The notes beneath the pieces are model-generated. The model saw nothing but the letters and a program-made list of their open reading frames with translations. It had not been told where the DNA came from and made no database searches. 64,000 bases of DNA, from the NCBI GenBank assembly GCA_963697895.1, contig OY969100.1:928001-992000 (forward strand). Reading direction: 5' to 3'. Position 1 is the first letter of the stretch, and each line of letters opens with the position of its first letter. Origin of the DNA: an uncultured Methanomicrobiales archaeon (GTDB lineage Archaea > Halobacteriota > Methanomicrobia > Methanomicrobiales > Methanospirillaceae). The translations under genes and the position numbers were made by a program. Shown piece after piece: positions 1 through 12,096 of this stretch.

Positions 1-1530
1 GTGAAGATCATGCCTTCCGGCGCTCACCGGGTAAAGAACGGCCGGACCGAAGATGTCGGTATCGGGGATCTCGTCGTCGGTGATCGGGTCCTGGTTAAAC
101 CGGGGGAGAAGATCCCGGTAGATGGGAAGGTGACGGAAGGAAGAACGAACATCAACGAGGCGATGCTCACCGGGGAGTCAAAGCCGGTTTCCAAACAAAC
201 GGGGGACAAAATAACCGCCGGCTCGATAAACGGGGAAGGGTCCATCGTGGCCGAGGTGGAGAAGACCGGGAAGGACACCTACTTAAGCCAGGTGATTGCG
301 CTCGTGAAAAATGCCCAGGAGAGCAAGTCTCATGCGCAGGACCTGGCAGACCGGGCGGCATTCTGGCTGACGGTAATCGCCCTGTCTGTCGGGACGCTCA
401 CGTTCATCGGGTGGTATATCATCGACCAGAACCTGGAATTCGCGGTCGCCCGTGCCGCCACCGTGATGGTGATCACCTGTCCCCATGCCCTCGGGCTTGC
501 GGTTCCCCTCGTAATCGCCGTATCCACGGCCATTGCAGCGAATACCGGGCTCCTCATTCGCGAGCGCGAGGCATTTGAACGGGCGAGAGATCTCCAGGCG
601 GTGGTATTTGACAAGACCGGGACCCTGACCCGGGGTACGTTTGGCGTCACCGATCTGATCGGGTTTGACGGGTCCGGTGAAGAAGAGATGCTTCAACTCG
701 CGGCATCCCTGGAAGCGAAATCTGAGCACCCGATCGCGGGAGGCATCGTCGACGAGGCCCGGAAGAGAGGGATCGATCTCCTTTCCCCTGAGGATTTCCG
801 GGCGATCCCGGGGAAAGGAGTTGAGGGCCGGATATCGGGAAGGCGCCTCCGGGTAGTGGGCCCCGGCTCACTGCAGGAAGAGGGGATACCGGTCACCGAC
901 GACCGGGTCGGGAGGGCGATGCAGCAGGGAAAGACCGTGGTGTTCCTGCTTGAAGACGGGTCACTCCGGGGAGCGATAGGGCTCGCTGATATCATCCGGG
1001 ATGAGTCCCGGGAGGCGGTCGCCCGCTTAAAGGAGATGGGCATCCGGGTTATGATGCTCACCGGCGACAACAGGGACGTTGCCGCATGGGTGGCGGGCGA
1101 GATCGGCCTCGACGAGTACTTTGCCGAGGTGCTTCCGCACGAGAAGTCCGGAAAGATCCAGGAGATCCAGCAGCAGTTTCGCGTGGCGATGGTCGGGGAC
1201 GGGATCAACGATGCACCCGCACTCGTCCAGGCCGACATCGGTATCGCCATCGGTGCCGGGACGGATGTCGCGGTGGAGAGCGCGGATATCGTGCTCGTGC
1301 GAAACGATCCCCGCGATGTCGCCGATATCATCCTTCTTTCCCGGAAGACGTACAGAAAGATGGTGCAGAACCTGGTTTGGGCGACGGGGTACAATTCGTT
1401 TGCTATCCCGCTCGCGGCCGGGATTGGTGTCGGTTACGGGATCGTTCTCTCCCCTGCGGCCGGAGCAGCGCTCATGAGCGCAAGTACCATTATCGTCGCC
1501 ATAAATGCGCAGACCCTGAAATTGCGCTGA
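1..1530 (+). CDS. copB: Heavy-metal P1B-type ATPase, CopB-like (5' truncated by window)
   Basis: TGES, CPH (ITCPHALGLA), DKTGT, SEHP and GDGINDAP motifs; YN and MSxS in the TM helices, typical of P1B-3. Confidence 0.9.
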   Translation: MKIMPSGAHRVKNGRTEDVGIGDLVVGDRVLVKPGEKIPVDGKVTEGRTNINEAMLTGESKPVSKQTGDKITAGSINGEGSIVAEVEKTGKDTYLSQVIALVKNAQESKSHAQDLADRAAFWLTVIALSVGTLTFIGWYIIDQNLEFAVARAATVMVITCPHALGLAVPLVIAVSTAIAANTGLLIREREAFERARDLQAVVFDKTGTLTRGTFGVTDLIGFDGSGEEEMLQLAASLEAKSEHPIAGGIVDEARKRGIDLLSPEDFRAIPGKGVEGRISGRRLRVVGPGSLQEEGIPVTDDRVGRAMQQGKTVVFLLEDGSLRGAIGLADIIRDESREAVARLKEMGIRVMMLTGDNRDVAAWVAGEIGLDEYFAEVLPHEKSGKIQEIQQQFRVAMVGDGINDAPALVQADIGIAIGAGTDVAVESADIVLVRNDPRDVADIILLSRKTYRKMVQNLVWATGYNSFAIPLAAGIGVGYGIVLSPAAGAALMSASTIIVAINAQTLKLR

Positions 1531-1635
1531 TAGACCTGTCGGGAAAGACGTGATCAAAAGAGTAGGGGATACTTTTTTCTTCGGAATCCTTATATATCAT
1601 GAATCCAAGGTTGTCAGCTGTAGGTAGAGATATCC

Positions 1636-2964
1636 ATGAGATCAATTACCCTTTCCATACTTGTACTGGCTTGTCTGCTGCTTTCCTGCATACCCGCAGG
1701 TGCACAGACGGTGACCCTCCCGGTAATCCCCGGCGGAGAAGCGGGTTATTTCTCGATCAGTTCCGTCCCCCAGGGGGGCGAGGTTTATTTCGATGGGAAT
1801 TACTGGGGTGAGGCCCCGCTCACCGTGACTGTCTCCACGACAGGGAGTCCCCAGCACACCATCAAAGTCACCTATCCGGGGTATGAGACATATCAAAGCA
1901 CCTATAACGGAAATCCTGGTGTCGGGCAGACGATTTATATCACCGCCACCCTGGTCCCCAGCGGAAACAGCGGCCAGATCCAGGTCACGTCGACCCCTTC
2001 CGGTGCAACTGCGGTACTGGACCGTTCGCAGTCCATGACGACCCCTGCATACTTCACCAACGTCCCTGTCGGCTCCCACGAGATCTCCGTATACCTTTCC
2101 GGGTACCAGACGTATTACACCACGGTATCGGTCAATAAAGGCCAGACCACGTATGTAACCGTACAGTTCACTCCGCCGGTCACCATCGGGGCACTCTCGA
2201 TACAATCGACGCCCTCGGGTGCAGCAGTCACGGTGGATGGCGGGTACCAGGGGATAACCCCAACCGTCGTGGGGAACCTGCTTCCTGGATCGCATACCGT
2301 GATCCTCTCCAAGGCCGGATACCAGGACTGGATCAGTACCCAGAGTGTTGTATCCGGCCAGACGACCTACGTGACCGCGACGCTGGCGACCGATCCGAAT
2401 CCGATATACGGTACAGTAAGCATCACCTCCACCCCAACCGGTGCTTCCGTCTATGCGGACGGCGTGTACGTGGGCATGACCAGCCCGAGCGGTCCCCTGG
2501 TCTTCACAAAAGTGACCCCCGGTGTCCATACGCTCCTTGTCTCTAAGACTGGATACCAGGACTACACCGGGACGGGAACGGTCGTCGCCGGCCAGAACTA
2601 TGTTCTGAACGTCCCCCTCAGCCCCAACCCCCAGACACCGACGACCGGGAGTATCTCCGTGGCGTCTTCCCCCTCGGGTGCAGAGATGTACCTGGACAAT
2701 GTCTTCAAGGGGCTCACCCCGATCACCCTTGATTCCATCACCCCGGGAACCCATAGCGTCCTGATAAAACTGAGCGGGTACCAGGACTTCAGTTCGCAGG
2801 TGCAGGTGACCGCAGGGCAGACTTCCCAGATAACAGCGACCCTGATCCCGGCTGCCACACCGACCCCGACTCCCACCGCGAGCGGTGCCGCATTCCCCCT
2901 GGTAGTCCTCGGTGCCCTTGCGGCATTGGTGCTCCTGGCAGGCAGGAAAGGAAAGAACCATTAA
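1636..2964 (+). CDS. PEGA-domain cell-surface protein
   Basis: Signal peptide, about 5 PEGA repeats (SxPSGAxVxxDG...PGxHxxxxSKxGY), PT linker, C-terminal TM helix with basic tail. Confidence 0.88.
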   Translation: MRSITLSILVLACLLLSCIPAGAQTVTLPVIPGGEAGYFSISSVPQGGEVYFDGNYWGEAPLTVTVSTTGSPQHTIKVTYPGYETYQSTYNGNPGVGQTIYITATLVPSGNSGQIQVTSTPSGATAVLDRSQSMTTPAYFTNVPVGSHEISVYLSGYQTYYTTVSVNKGQTTYVTVQFTPPVTIGALSIQSTPSGAAVTVDGGYQGITPTVVGNLLPGSHTVILSKAGYQDWISTQSVVSGQTTYVTATLATDPNPIYGTVSITSTPTGASVYADGVYVGMTSPSGPLVFTKVTPGVHTLLVSKTGYQDYTGTGTVVAGQNYVLNVPLSPNPQTPTTGSISVASSPSGAEMYLDNVFKGLTPITLDSITPGTHSVLIKLSGYQDFSSQVQVTAGQTSQITATLIPAATPTPTPTASGAAFPLVVLGALAALVLLAGRKGKNH

Positions 2965-2965
2965 C

Positions 2966-2972
2966 TTTTTTT
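2966..2972 (+). terminator. Oligo-T archaeal terminator
   Basis: T7 run immediately after the stop codon. Confidence 0.5.
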
Positions 2973-3141
2973 GAAACAGGTCAGGATCCGATCTCTGACT
3001 ATATTTATCTGTTTTCGTTTCCCGATTCAGCGGGAGAGTTTACACAATCATGGAGAGGATCGGGCGGATCCGTAGAGAGGAACCTTTATCCGAATAGCGG
3101 ACAGGGAAGAATCATTCAGCGCATATCAGGAGGTGCAGAAG

Positions 3142-3372
3142 ATGGTGTACAAAAATATCAGCGAATTACCCGGGAGCGTCCGGAGTCATCTTCCGGTCCA
3201 TGCCCAGGAGATCTACAAGGATGCCTTCAACAATGCCTGGAAACAGTATGCCGACCCGAAACACCGCCGGGGGAGCGAGAGCCAGGAGGAAGCGGCACAC
3301 AAGGTCGCCTGGGCTGCGGTGAAGCAGAAGTACGAGAAGGACGAGAAAACGGGGATGTGGAGAGAGAAATAA
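3142..3372 (+). CDS. chaB: ChaB family protein
   Basis: LPxxVRxHLPxHAQEIYxxAFNxAW...AHKVAWAAVK signature; ATG at 3142. Confidence 0.9.
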   Translation: MVYKNISELPGSVRSHLPVHAQEIYKDAFNNAWKQYADPKHRRGSESQEEAAHKVAWAAVKQKYEKDEKTGMWREK

Positions 3373-3518
3373 ATTACGGATTTGAACGAATCAATTTTTT
3401 TTACGTGTCGGTGCGGGGATGAACAGGGTCCTGATTGTGAACATCCAATCTTGGTATTCAGGGATATGATCATCACTCTTCATCGGTTATCATTCTTTCA
3501 AGGATCTTCAGATCTGTT

Positions 3519-4892
3519 TCACCCTGCTTTGTTAACGGCCTGCTTTTTTAAATCCGGGATACCGATCGCACGCACGGTCTCCTCGTACGCATCCCTGACC
3601 CGCTTGCGGTCATACTCGGAGGGCAACCCGATATGGCTGTCCTGTTCGATGAGGCGGGCGTGCATAAGGAGAACCTGTCGCTGATCGTCGGCCCTGACCC
3701 GGGAAGCGATTACGGATATCGTCCTGAGCATATGCAGGAGCAGATCGGCATTTTCCCGGCCATACTGGCGGATCTGATTGAAGGCGGTGCCGGCAAGGTA
3801 ATCGAAGGTGACCGGATCCGCGATGATACGGAGCTGATGAGCCTCGTCGTACTGATACGGGGAGGGCATCGTTCTCTCGGCCACCGCCGCGAGCGCGACC
3901 CCCATCCGGTCCAGGCACATGACCGGGGAGGTGGGATCATTCACCGCAGGGGAAAGCGCCCGTGAGGCAATATTCAGCAGGAGGGAGAGGCCGAAATCGG
4001 TATCCTGGATCATCGTCCGGTATGTGCCGAGGAAGAACGCCTTGTTCAACGCTTTCTCCACGTGGGTACCGGGGTGATCGGGCCAGGCAAGCAGGAGAGT
4101 ATCTCCCCGTGCAACGAACTTGCCCGCAGAACGCTGTAAGAGGAATACCTGGTTGTATTCCCGGGCGGTATCCATCAGTTCTTCAAAATTTATAGCCCTG
4201 ATATATCCTGTCCGCGTCGCCCTGACGGGTATCCCTTCCCCCATGACGATCTTTCTTTGCACCTCAGCCGGTTCATCAACCGTAACCTCCACGGATCCGG
4301 GTTTGGCGGGGGGAAACTCACTCACAATCGACTTCTCCAGCTCGGTACCGAGATAGGCAATGATATTGCTCGCTTGCAGGGAGTTTGCGACATGGTGGAA
4401 GAAGTAGAGAAGCATTGCCAGGCAGAGCAGGAAAAAAGCGAATGCAATGGTGACGGATATCTGCGGCCCGTACACCCGGGCCGGGATGTACGAGATGAGC
4501 CGGAGAATGACAATGTTATAGACGATCGCTGCGCTGAACGTGCCGAGAACGATCTGGGTGCCGATATCCCGCATGAATGCCCGGAGAACGATGGAGCCAT
4601 ACGAGGAGATGGCGATGGTGAGGGGCACCAGGGTGATCGAAAATACCACCCCGATCACCCCTATTTCCGTTGTGGAAAGGAGCGTCAGCGTGGAGTGCAC
4701 GTTGGCGAGGTCAATTCTGAGCAGAAAAAATAATTCCTGCACGATGGTGCCCGAAACGCGTGTATCTGTCTCGAACGCAAGAACTGCAATACCGATCGCA
4801 ATAAGTATCATGATCGCGGGAATGAACCAGAAAGTCCCGCGGATTTTATCGAAGAAGTTGATAAACCGGGTTTTTATGCGGAATTTTACCAT
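3519..4892 (-). CDS. DUF2254 family membrane protein
   Basis: N-terminal TM helices, GYIRAIN, RTMIQD and RALSPAVNDP motifs. Confidence 0.85.
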   Translation of the reverse strand: MVKFRIKTRFINFFDKIRGTFWFIPAIMILIAIGIAVLAFETDTRVSGTIVQELFFLLRIDLANVHSTLTLLSTTEIGVIGVVFSITLVPLTIAISSYGSIVLRAFMRDIGTQIVLGTFSAAIVYNIVILRLISYIPARVYGPQISVTIAFAFFLLCLAMLLYFFHHVANSLQASNIIAYLGTELEKSIVSEFPPAKPGSVEVTVDEPAEVQRKIVMGEGIPVRATRTGYIRAINFEELMDTAREYNQVFLLQRSAGKFVARGDTLLLAWPDHPGTHVEKALNKAFFLGTYRTMIQDTDFGLSLLLNIASRALSPAVNDPTSPVMCLDRMGVALAAVAERTMPSPYQYDEAHQLRIIADPVTFDYLAGTAFNQIRQYGRENADLLLHMLRTISVIASRVRADDQRQVLLMHARLIEQDSHIGLPSEYDRKRVRDAYEETVRAIGIPDLKKQAVNKAG

Positions 4893-5160
4893 GGAACCAC
4901 CCTGTGTGCATTCCTACACGTGGACTGATCCAGATGAGATGGTGAGGCTATCCCTATAATCATTGTTACGTTCTGGTATCTCCGTAACAAAAACAGGCCC
5001 TTGCTCTTCTCTCCTATTAACGTTGTGATGAGTTACCCCCTAATTCGTTCCCCAACCACCCTTTTTATCCCTGTTCCCGGTTACCGAAAGGTACCGGAAG
5101 ATTGGCAGGAAAAAGATCAGAGGATGAACTCTTTATAAAAACAAACCTCACGGTAACCTG

Positions 5161-5748
5161 ATGGCATCCGGTGACCCGGAAGATATCGCTTGTTTCAGCC
5201 AATGGGCGAAATGGTACGAGAAATCAGAGCTCCAGTGGCTCTTTTTCGACCGGGTGCAGCGGACGGTCCTGGACGCAGTGGATCGGGAAACCCGTCCGGA
5301 AAGCATCCTCGATGTCGGGTGCGGGACGGGCCGGTTACTGCGCAAGACCCGGGAACAATGGCCTGCAGCACGGTTGTCCGGTGTCGACCCGGCGGAAGGC
5401 ATGATCGGGCAGGCACGGATGCTGATGCCTGAAGCGACGTTCTTCCTCGGTGCGGCTGAATCGCTTCCGTTCCCCGGTGCATCGTTCGACCTCGTGTTCA
5501 GCACCCTCTCCTTTCACCACTGGGCGGATCAGCAGCAGGGTCTCCGCGAGATAAGACGTGTTTTGCGCCCCGGTGGCCGCTTTATCCTTGGGGACATGAT
5601 CATGCCCTGGGGCTTATCAAGCATTATCCGGCATTTCCACCCGAATGATCCGGTAAAAATGAGAGAGATGTTTACTTCGGCCGGGTTGGATGTACAGATG
5701 CAGAAGCGGGTGATGGGACGGTTCGTGCTCGTAACGGTGGGGGTATGA
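5161..5748 (+). CDS. Class I SAM-dependent methyltransferase (UbiE-like)
   Basis: ILDVGCGTG, LPFPxxSFD and RVLRPGG motifs. Confidence 0.85.
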   Translation: MASGDPEDIACFSQWAKWYEKSELQWLFFDRVQRTVLDAVDRETRPESILDVGCGTGRLLRKTREQWPAARLSGVDPAEGMIGQARMLMPEATFFLGAAESLPFPGASFDLVFSTLSFHHWADQQQGLREIRRVLRPGGRFILGDMIMPWGLSSIIRHFHPNDPVKMREMFTSAGLDVQMQKRVMGRFVLVTVGV

Positions 5749-5845
5749 GGGTAATGTTAATGTTACAGACCGATCGAGACCCATTACCTTTAACGGAGAT
5801 GTGGGTAAAGCACCCGGGATGCTCATAACCGGGAAAATGAAAAAA

Positions 5846-5917
5846 TGCGCCGACCGGGACTCGAACCCGGGTTTAGGCGTTGGCAACGCCTAGTGATAAC
5901 CACTACACTATCGGCGC
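5846..5917 (-). tRNA. tRNA-Gly(GCC)
   Basis: Reverse complement GCGCCGA...AGGCG-TTGCCAA-CGCCT...GGTTCGAGTCC...TCGGCGCA folds as a cloverleaf; CCA not encoded; TATA-like element about 30 nt upstream. Confidence 0.96.
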
Positions 5918-6079
5918 AGTGCTCTAAAACGTAAGCAGTGATGGATTATAAGTATATCGGATTTCGCCGGTTATCCGCGAATTCCCGCTTCACCGGCCGG
6001 GAAAGGGAATATTTTCCGGTGACCGGCCGACTCAAAATTCCAACACCTTAATTTGAATCACCGGCTACATATGGTAGTA

Positions 6080-6706
6080 ATGATCCCCCTGATGATCGAT
6101 TTTTCCGGCCGTTCCGTGGTGATCTTCGGAGGCGGGGAAGTCGGTGCACGAAAGGCGGTCTTCTTCTCCCGTGATGCGGATGTAACGGTGATCAGCCGCT
6201 CGTTCGTGCCGGTCTTTTCGCAGCTTCCGGTCGGGCAGGTCGCAAAGGATATCGGCGGGATGAGCGAGGGGGAACTGGAGGATGCGATCTCCGGTGCATT
6301 CCTGGTCGTGGCGGCAACCCCGGATGCCGGGATCAACAACCGTATCGGGGACCTGTGCAAGCGGCACGGGATCCTGTTCAATAACGCCCGGGGGGAGGAG
6401 GGGACAGTCCTGGTTCCCTCGGTGGAGCGGGGGGAGCACTTCCTCCTGGCGATCAGCACGGAAGGGGTCAGCCCGGCGGTTTCCCGCTATATCCGGGAAC
6501 TGATCGAACTCGCTTGCCCTGACCTGGACCTGATGATCTCGCTGCAGGCACGCCTGCGGGTGGCATTAAAAGACCAGGTCCCAGACCAGGAAATGCGGTC
6601 CCGGATCCTCGGGGACGTGCTGCACGACCGCGAGGTATGGAATCTGCTTGACCGGGACCCGGAGGCGGCATGGCGCATGGTTGCTGCGAGGTATCGGTGT
6701 GAATGA
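6080..6706 (+). CDS. sirC: Precorrin-2 dehydrogenase / sirohydrochlorin ferrochelatase (SirC/CysG-N)
   Basis: VVIFGGGEVGARK Rossmann motif, AISTEGVSPA; first gene of the hem operon. Confidence 0.88.
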   Translation: MIPLMIDFSGRSVVIFGGGEVGARKAVFFSRDADVTVISRSFVPVFSQLPVGQVAKDIGGMSEGELEDAISGAFLVVAATPDAGINNRIGDLCKRHGILFNNARGEEGTVLVPSVERGEHFLLAISTEGVSPAVSRYIRELIELACPDLDLMISLQARLRVALKDQVPDQEMRSRILGDVLHDREVWNLLDRDPEAAWRMVAARYRCE

Positions 6707-7974
6707 GGAATTGAACACCCCGATCGCGATTGCAGGGGTGAGCCATCACACGGCCGACGTTCAGGCGCTCGAGGAGTTCCGGTTCCATAACGAGGAGGCG
6801 TTCCTGAAGCATGCCCGGGATCACTTCCGGGGGGCGGTGCTCCTCCAGACCTGCAACCGGGTCGAGGCGATCGTCCACGGGGAGGAGTTGGCACTCGCGG
6901 GGTTTCTCGAGGAATACGGGCGGAAGAACTTCTCCCTCCTCACCGGCACGGATGCCCTCCGTCACCTCCTCGAGCTCGCCTCCGGGGTCGATTCGATGAT
7001 CGTCGGCGAGGACCAGATCATCGGCCAGCTCGAAGAAATCCCTCGCCGTTTCGCAGGAACTGAACTGCTGCAGCCCGATCCTCGAGCTCTCCCTGAACAA
7101 GGCGGTCCACGTGGGAGCAGAGGTGCGGAAGCGGACCCAGATCAACCGGGGAGCCGTCTCGATCGGGTCTGCGGCGGTCCTCCTCGCCGAGGAGCAGCTC
7201 GGGAGCCTGAAAGGAAAGCACATCCTCGTGATCGGGAGCGGGGAGATGGGGATGCTCGTCGCCCAGGCACTGGCGGCAAAGGACCTGACGGCGATATACG
7301 TGGCCAACCGTACGCACGAGCGGGCGGAGTTCCTTGCCCAGAAGATCGGGGGCAAGGCCGTGCGTCTCGACGACCTGTACCGGTACATGATCCTCTCGGA
7401 CCTCGTCATCTCCTGCACCTCGGCACCGCACCCGATCATCCGGTGCGACGACCTTCGTGAAGCGATGAAAGGCCGGTGCTGGCCGATCGACGGGCACCCG
7501 CGGCCGATCGTGATCATCGACATCGCCCAGCCGCGGGACGTCGAGGAGGGGGCGGACCGTATCGAAGGGGTGCACCTCTTCACGATCGACAGCCTCCGCC
7601 GGATCAACGACCACACGATGGAGAGCCGGAGATCGGAGGCGGAACGGGCGCAGGAATTTATCGGGGACGAGCTGGACCAGTTCGTCCGGCTCCTGAACCG
7701 GAAGGCGGCGGACGACCTGCTCGCGGTCCTCCACAGCTGGGCGGAGGCGATCCGCCTCCGGGAACGCGACCGGGCGCTTGGCCGGATCGGGGCGAAGGAT
7801 GAACGGACGACCGAAGTCCTCGATGACCTGACCCGGGTGCTCGTGAGCAAGATCCTCACCGATGCGACCCTCTCGATCCGGTCCTGCGCGGAGGCCGGCG
7901 ACCTCGATGCGGCCGAGGCGATCGTCCGGTCGATTACCACGGGAGAGAAACCATGTATCCGCAACGAAGATTGA
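6699..7974 (+). CDS. hemA: Glutamyl-tRNA reductase, split by a +1 frameshift near 7032 (probable sequencing error)
   Basis: LQTCNRVE and SMIVGEDQI in one frame; GAVSIGSAAV, GSGEMG and DIAQPRDV in the next; removing one base restores GQLKKSLA. Confidence 0.92.
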
Positions 7975-8933
7975 GAAGGCTCCGGGGGAAGGCGATCCAG
8001 CCGCTCCTCCGGGAGCTGACGATCCAAAAAGAGGACCTGATGGCCCCGCTCTTCGTCGACGAGACCTGCCGCGATCCGATCCCCATCCCTTCGATGCCGG
8101 GCCAGTTCCGGTACCCGGTCTCGGCGATCGGGGAGGTCGCTGGGAAGCTTCGCGACCGGGGTATCCACGCGGTGCTCCTCTTCGGGGTTCCGGCAGATAA
8201 GGACGAGGCGGCGATCTCCGCCTATGCCGAAAACGGGGTTATCCAACAGGCGATCCCCGAGATTCGCGCCGCGGCAGCCGACCTGGTGATCTGCACGGAC
8301 GTCTGCGCCTGCGAATACACCAGCCACGGGCACTGCGGGATCGTCGGGGAAACCCGGCGGGGGTTGGACCTGCTCAATGACCCTTCCCTCGCCCTGATGG
8401 ATCGGATCGCGGTAAGCCACGCGGAGAGCGGGGCGGATATCGTCGCCCCGTCCTGCATGCTCGACGGGATGGTCGCCTCGATCCGGGCGGCACTCGACGG
8501 GGCGGGATTCTCGGATACCGCGATCCTCTCCTATTCGACCAAATTCGCGAGCGCCCTCTACGGCCCGTTCCGGGATGCCGTGGACTCCGGGTACCGGTTC
8601 GGGGACCGGAGCACCTACCAGCTCGACCCGGCAAATGCGAACGAGGCCTACCGGGAGTCTGAGATCGATGCGAAGGAGGGGGCCGACATCCTGATGGTCA
8701 AGCCGGCCGGGATGTATCTCGATCTCGTCGCCCGGATCAAGGCGATCGGCCTCCCGGTGGCCGCATACCAGGTGAGCGGGGAATATGCCCAGATAAAGGC
8801 GGCGGCCGCGAACGGGTGGCTCGATGAACGGGCAGTGGCACTGGAGAGCCTCGTCTGCATAAAGCGGGCGGGGGCCGACCTGATGATCACCTATTTTGCC
8901 GGGGACGCGGCGGGATGGCTTGATGAGACATAA
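7953..8933 (+). CDS. hemB: Porphobilinogen synthase
   Basis: [14 protein letters not shown] zinc site, [19 protein letters not shown]. Confidence 0.96.
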   Translation: MYPQRRLRRLRGKAIQPLLRELTIQKEDLMAPLFVDETCRDPIPIPSMPGQFRYPVSAIGEVAGKLRDRGIHAVLLFGVPADKDEAAISAYAENGVIQQAIPEIRAAAADLVICTDVCACEYTSHGHCGIVGETRRGLDLLNDPSLALMDRIAVSHAESGADIVAPSCMLDGMVASIRAALDGAGFSDTAILSYSTKFASALYGPFRDAVDSGYRFGDRSTYQLDPANANEAYRESEIDAKEGADILMVKPAGMYLDLVARIKAIGLPVAAYQVSGEYAQIKAAAANGWLDERAVALESLVCIKRAGADLMITYFAGDAAGWLDET

Positions 8934-8968
8934 AGAAAATAAGCCGGGGATACCCGGCGGAGTATCCC

Positions 8969-10210
8969 ATGAAGAGTGAACATCTGTTCGATGAGGCGAA
9001 GGAACTGATGCCGGGTGGAGTCAGCAGCCCGGTCCGGGCGATCAAGCCCTATCCGTTCTATACGAAGAGTGCCCACGGTTCCCGGATCACGACCGTGGAT
9101 GCGGTATCTCTGATCGACTGCTGCATGGGATACGGCCCCCTGATCCTCGGCCACGCCCACCCGGCGATCCGGCAGGAGATTGCATCGCAGCTCATGGAAG
9201 GGTGGCTCTACGGGACTCCCACGCCGCTTGAGCCGGAGCTCGCCGGCATGATCACGAAAGACCATCCCGGGCTCGATATGGTCCGGTTCGTCTCGACGGG
9301 AACGGAAGCGACGATGGCCGCGATCCGGGTCGCCCGCGGGTTTTCCGGGAAGAAGGATATTGTGAAGGTGGAGGGCGGGTACCACGGGGCCCATGATGCG
9401 GTGCTTATCCAGGCCGGTTCGGGTGCGACAACGCTCGGGATCCCGGATTCGGCCGGTGTGCTTCCGGATATTGCCGCCCATACCTGGCAGGTGCCCTACA
9501 ATGACCCGGAAGCGCTGGAACTGCTCCTCTCGACCCATCACGACATCGCGGCCTTCATCGTCGAGCCGGTCATGGGCAACATCGGCCTGATACCGCCGGC
9601 GCTCGGGTACCTCAAGGAGGTCCGGAAGATCACGAGCGAACACGGGGTCCTGCTCATCTTCGATGAAGTGATCACCGGGTACCGACTCGGGATCGGCGGC
9701 GCCCAGGCATACTACGGGGTCCGGCCGGATATGACGACGCTCGGGAAGATCGTCGGGGGCGGGGTCCCGATCGGGGTCTTCGGCGGGCGCCGGGATATCA
9801 TGGAGACGGTCTCGCCGTCCGGACCGGTGTACCAGGCGGGAACATTTAACGGGAACCCCCTGAGCCTGGTGGCGGGCCGGGCGACGATCCGGTGGCTCCA
9901 CGAGCACCCGGAGACCTATGTGGAACTGGCCGAAGCGGCAAGGATGCTCGAGGAACTGATCAAACCGTCTGCAAAGGGCTCGTTTGTCCGACTCGGTTCG
10001 ATGTTCACGCACTTCTTCCGCCAGACACCGCCGCGGGATTACCGGGATGCGAAAGAATGCGATACCGGAAGATTTGGAGAGTTCTTTGCAGGGATGCTCT
10101 CCCGGGGGATCTTTCTTCCTCCGTCCCAGTTCGAAACGGACTTCCTCTCCACCGCTCATACCCTGCAGGATATTGAAGAGATAGGAGCCGCGTTCAACTC
10201 ATGTCTCTGA
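8969..10210 (+). CDS. hemL: Glutamate-1-semialdehyde 2,1-aminomutase
   Basis: [39 protein letters not shown]. Confidence 0.96.
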   Translation: MKSEHLFDEAKELMPGGVSSPVRAIKPYPFYTKSAHGSRITTVDAVSLIDCCMGYGPLILGHAHPAIRQEIASQLMEGWLYGTPTPLEPELAGMITKDHPGLDMVRFVSTGTEATMAAIRVARGFSGKKDIVKVEGGYHGAHDAVLIQAGSGATTLGIPDSAGVLPDIAAHTWQVPYNDPEALELLLSTHHDIAAFIVEPVMGNIGLIPPALGYLKEVRKITSEHGVLLIFDEVITGYRLGIGGAQAYYGVRPDMTTLGKIVGGGVPIGVFGGRRDIMETVSPSGPVYQAGTFNGNPLSLVAGRATIRWLHEHPETYVELAEAARMLEELIKPSAKGSFVRLGSMFTHFFRQTPPRDYRDAKECDTGRFGEFFAGMLSRGIFLPPSQFETDFLSTAHTLQDIEEIGAAFNSCL

Positions 10211-11127
10211 AAATAGGAACCCGGGGGAGCAGACTCGCGCTCGCGCAGGCAGACCGTGTCTGCCAGATGCTCAAACGGAGGAATATCAGCGTCGAACGGG
10301 TCATCATTACCACGGAAGGGGACACCGAGACCAGTGTTCCGCTGCACGAGATCAGCGGCCAGGGAGTTTTTGTCCGGGCCCTGGATAACGCGATCCTTGC
10401 GGGGGAGATCGATGCCGCCGTACACAGCATGAAGGATATCCCGGCAGCGCGCCCGAACGGCCTCCTGACGAGTGCCATCCTCAAGCGGGACTCTCCGGCG
10501 GATTTCATCGCACTCAATGTCGAGATGTGCGATGTGCACGTGATTGGCACCTCGAGCACCCGGAGGCGGGCTCAGATCCTTCGGCATGACCCGACGGTCG
10601 AGGTAAAGGACCTCCGGGGGAACGTCGACACAAGGCTCCGCAAAATGCTGGCCGGCGAGTACGATGCAATCGTCCTCGCGGAAGCCGGGATCGAGCGGCT
10701 CGGGCTGATCGTCGACGGGGAACGGCTCCCGCCGGAGACATTCGTCCCCGCTGCAAACCAGGGGACGATCGCGGTGGTGAGCAGGAACGACCCTTCGATC
10801 ACGGAGGTGATGAGCATGCTCGATCACGACCAGACCCGGTCGGATGTGGCGATGGAGCGGGCGGTGATGGAACAGGTCGGGGGAGGATGCTATACCCCTC
10901 TCGGTATCTACTGCGCAAACGGGCACCTGATCGCCCAAGTCCTCTCCCTGGACGGGAAACGGGCCGTCCGTATAGAGGACGACGTGGAGAAGATCGACCA
11001 GGCCCGGGAACGGGGGAGAGAACTCCGTCTGACCGCCCGGGAACTGATCCGGGAGGCCTACCAGCAGCTCGGGATCAAAGACGTGCCCCGGTGGGCGGCG
11101 TTCCCGGATGCAGGTGACCAGCGATGA
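10201..11127 (+). CDS. hemC: Hydroxymethylbilane synthase
   Basis: [38 protein letters not shown]. Confidence 0.95.
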   Translation: MSLKIGTRGSRLALAQADRVCQMLKRRNISVERVIITTEGDTETSVPLHEISGQGVFVRALDNAILAGEIDAAVHSMKDIPAARPNGLLTSAILKRDSPADFIALNVEMCDVHVIGTSSTRRRAQILRHDPTVEVKDLRGNVDTRLRKMLAGEYDAIVLAEAGIERLGLIVDGERLPPETFVPAANQGTIAVVSRNDPSITEVMSMLDHDQTRSDVAMERAVMEQVGGGCYTPLGIYCANGHLIAQVLSLDGKRAVRIEDDVEKIDQARERGRELRLTARELIREAYQQLGIKDVPRWAAFPDAGDQR

Positions 11128-11242
11128 AAGGAAATGAACATTCACCAGGGGACCATTGGATAAGGGCGATCGTGCGAAACTTGAAGGGAGATTTTCGTGG
11201 GACGGGAAGAGCTGAATGCGGCATGATCCCGGGGGGACAGGG

Positions 11243-12081
11243 ATGATCGGCGCCGGCGGGTACCCGACAGCGGGCAGTTTGACCGGGAATACGAAACGGA
11301 CCCGAAAATCAGTCCCCGCAATAACGGGAAAGGTGTACCTGGTCGGGTCAGGCCCCGGCGGTCTGGCCCACATGACGCTCCGGGCACAGGACGTGATCCG
11401 GGAGGCGGACGTGATCCTGTACGACCAGCTCCCGGGCGACGAGATCCTCGCGAGCCTGCCGGAGACGGCAGAGCGGATCGACTGCGGTAAGTTCGGAGGC
11501 AGGCACACCCGGGAACAGGAGGAGATCGAGGCCCTGATGGTCAGACGTGCGGCCGAAGGGAAGACGGTTGTCCGCCTGAAGGGAGGCGACCCCTTTGTCT
11601 TCGGTCGCGGGGGGAAGAACTCGAGGTGCTCCGTAAACACCGGATCCCCGTCGAACTTGTCCCGGGGGTGTCGAGTGCGATCGCGGTTCCCGGATCGGTC
11701 GGGATCCCGCTCACGCACCGGAAGTACGCATCCCAGGTCACGATCCTCACCGGCCACGAGGATCCGGCAAAGCCGGAATCCGCCCTGGACTGGGAACTCC
11801 TCGCCCGTGGCCGGGGGACGATCGTCATCCTCATGGGGGTGAAGAACCTCCCGCAGATCGCCGCCTCCCTCCTCAGGTACGGAAAAGACCCGGATACCCC
11901 GGTCGCGATCATCGAGCGGGGGATGCGGCCCGACCGGCGGGTGACCACGGGGCCGCTCTCCGGGATCGGGCGGATCGCGGAGGAAAAACAGGTCAAACCT
12001 CCCGCGGTCATCGTGATCGGCGGCGTGGTGAACCTTTACGATGAGTCCGCACCCGATCTTATCCCCTTCTCTCCCGAGTGA
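11243..12081 (+). CDS. cobA: Uroporphyrinogen-III C-methyltransferase; -1 frameshift in a G-run near 11610; start uncertain
   Basis: GKVYLVGSGPG and RLKGGDPFVFGRG, then VPGVSSA and ILTGHE in the other frame. Confidence 0.9.
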
Positions 12082-12096
12082 TCCCGGATCCGATCC

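Noticed and set aside
5846-5917. tRNA-Gly as an integration site
   Set aside because: No duplicated tRNA 3' end or integrase was seen, and the flanks have host-like composition.
7020-7060. Programmed frameshifting in hemA (and similarly cobA)
   Set aside because: No slippery heptamer or stimulatory structure is evident, and similar indels are scattered across unrelated genes.
6468-11757. Long minus-strand ORFs (650, 422 and 533 aa) over the hem operon
   Set aside because: GC-rich antisense shadows with no recognisable motifs.
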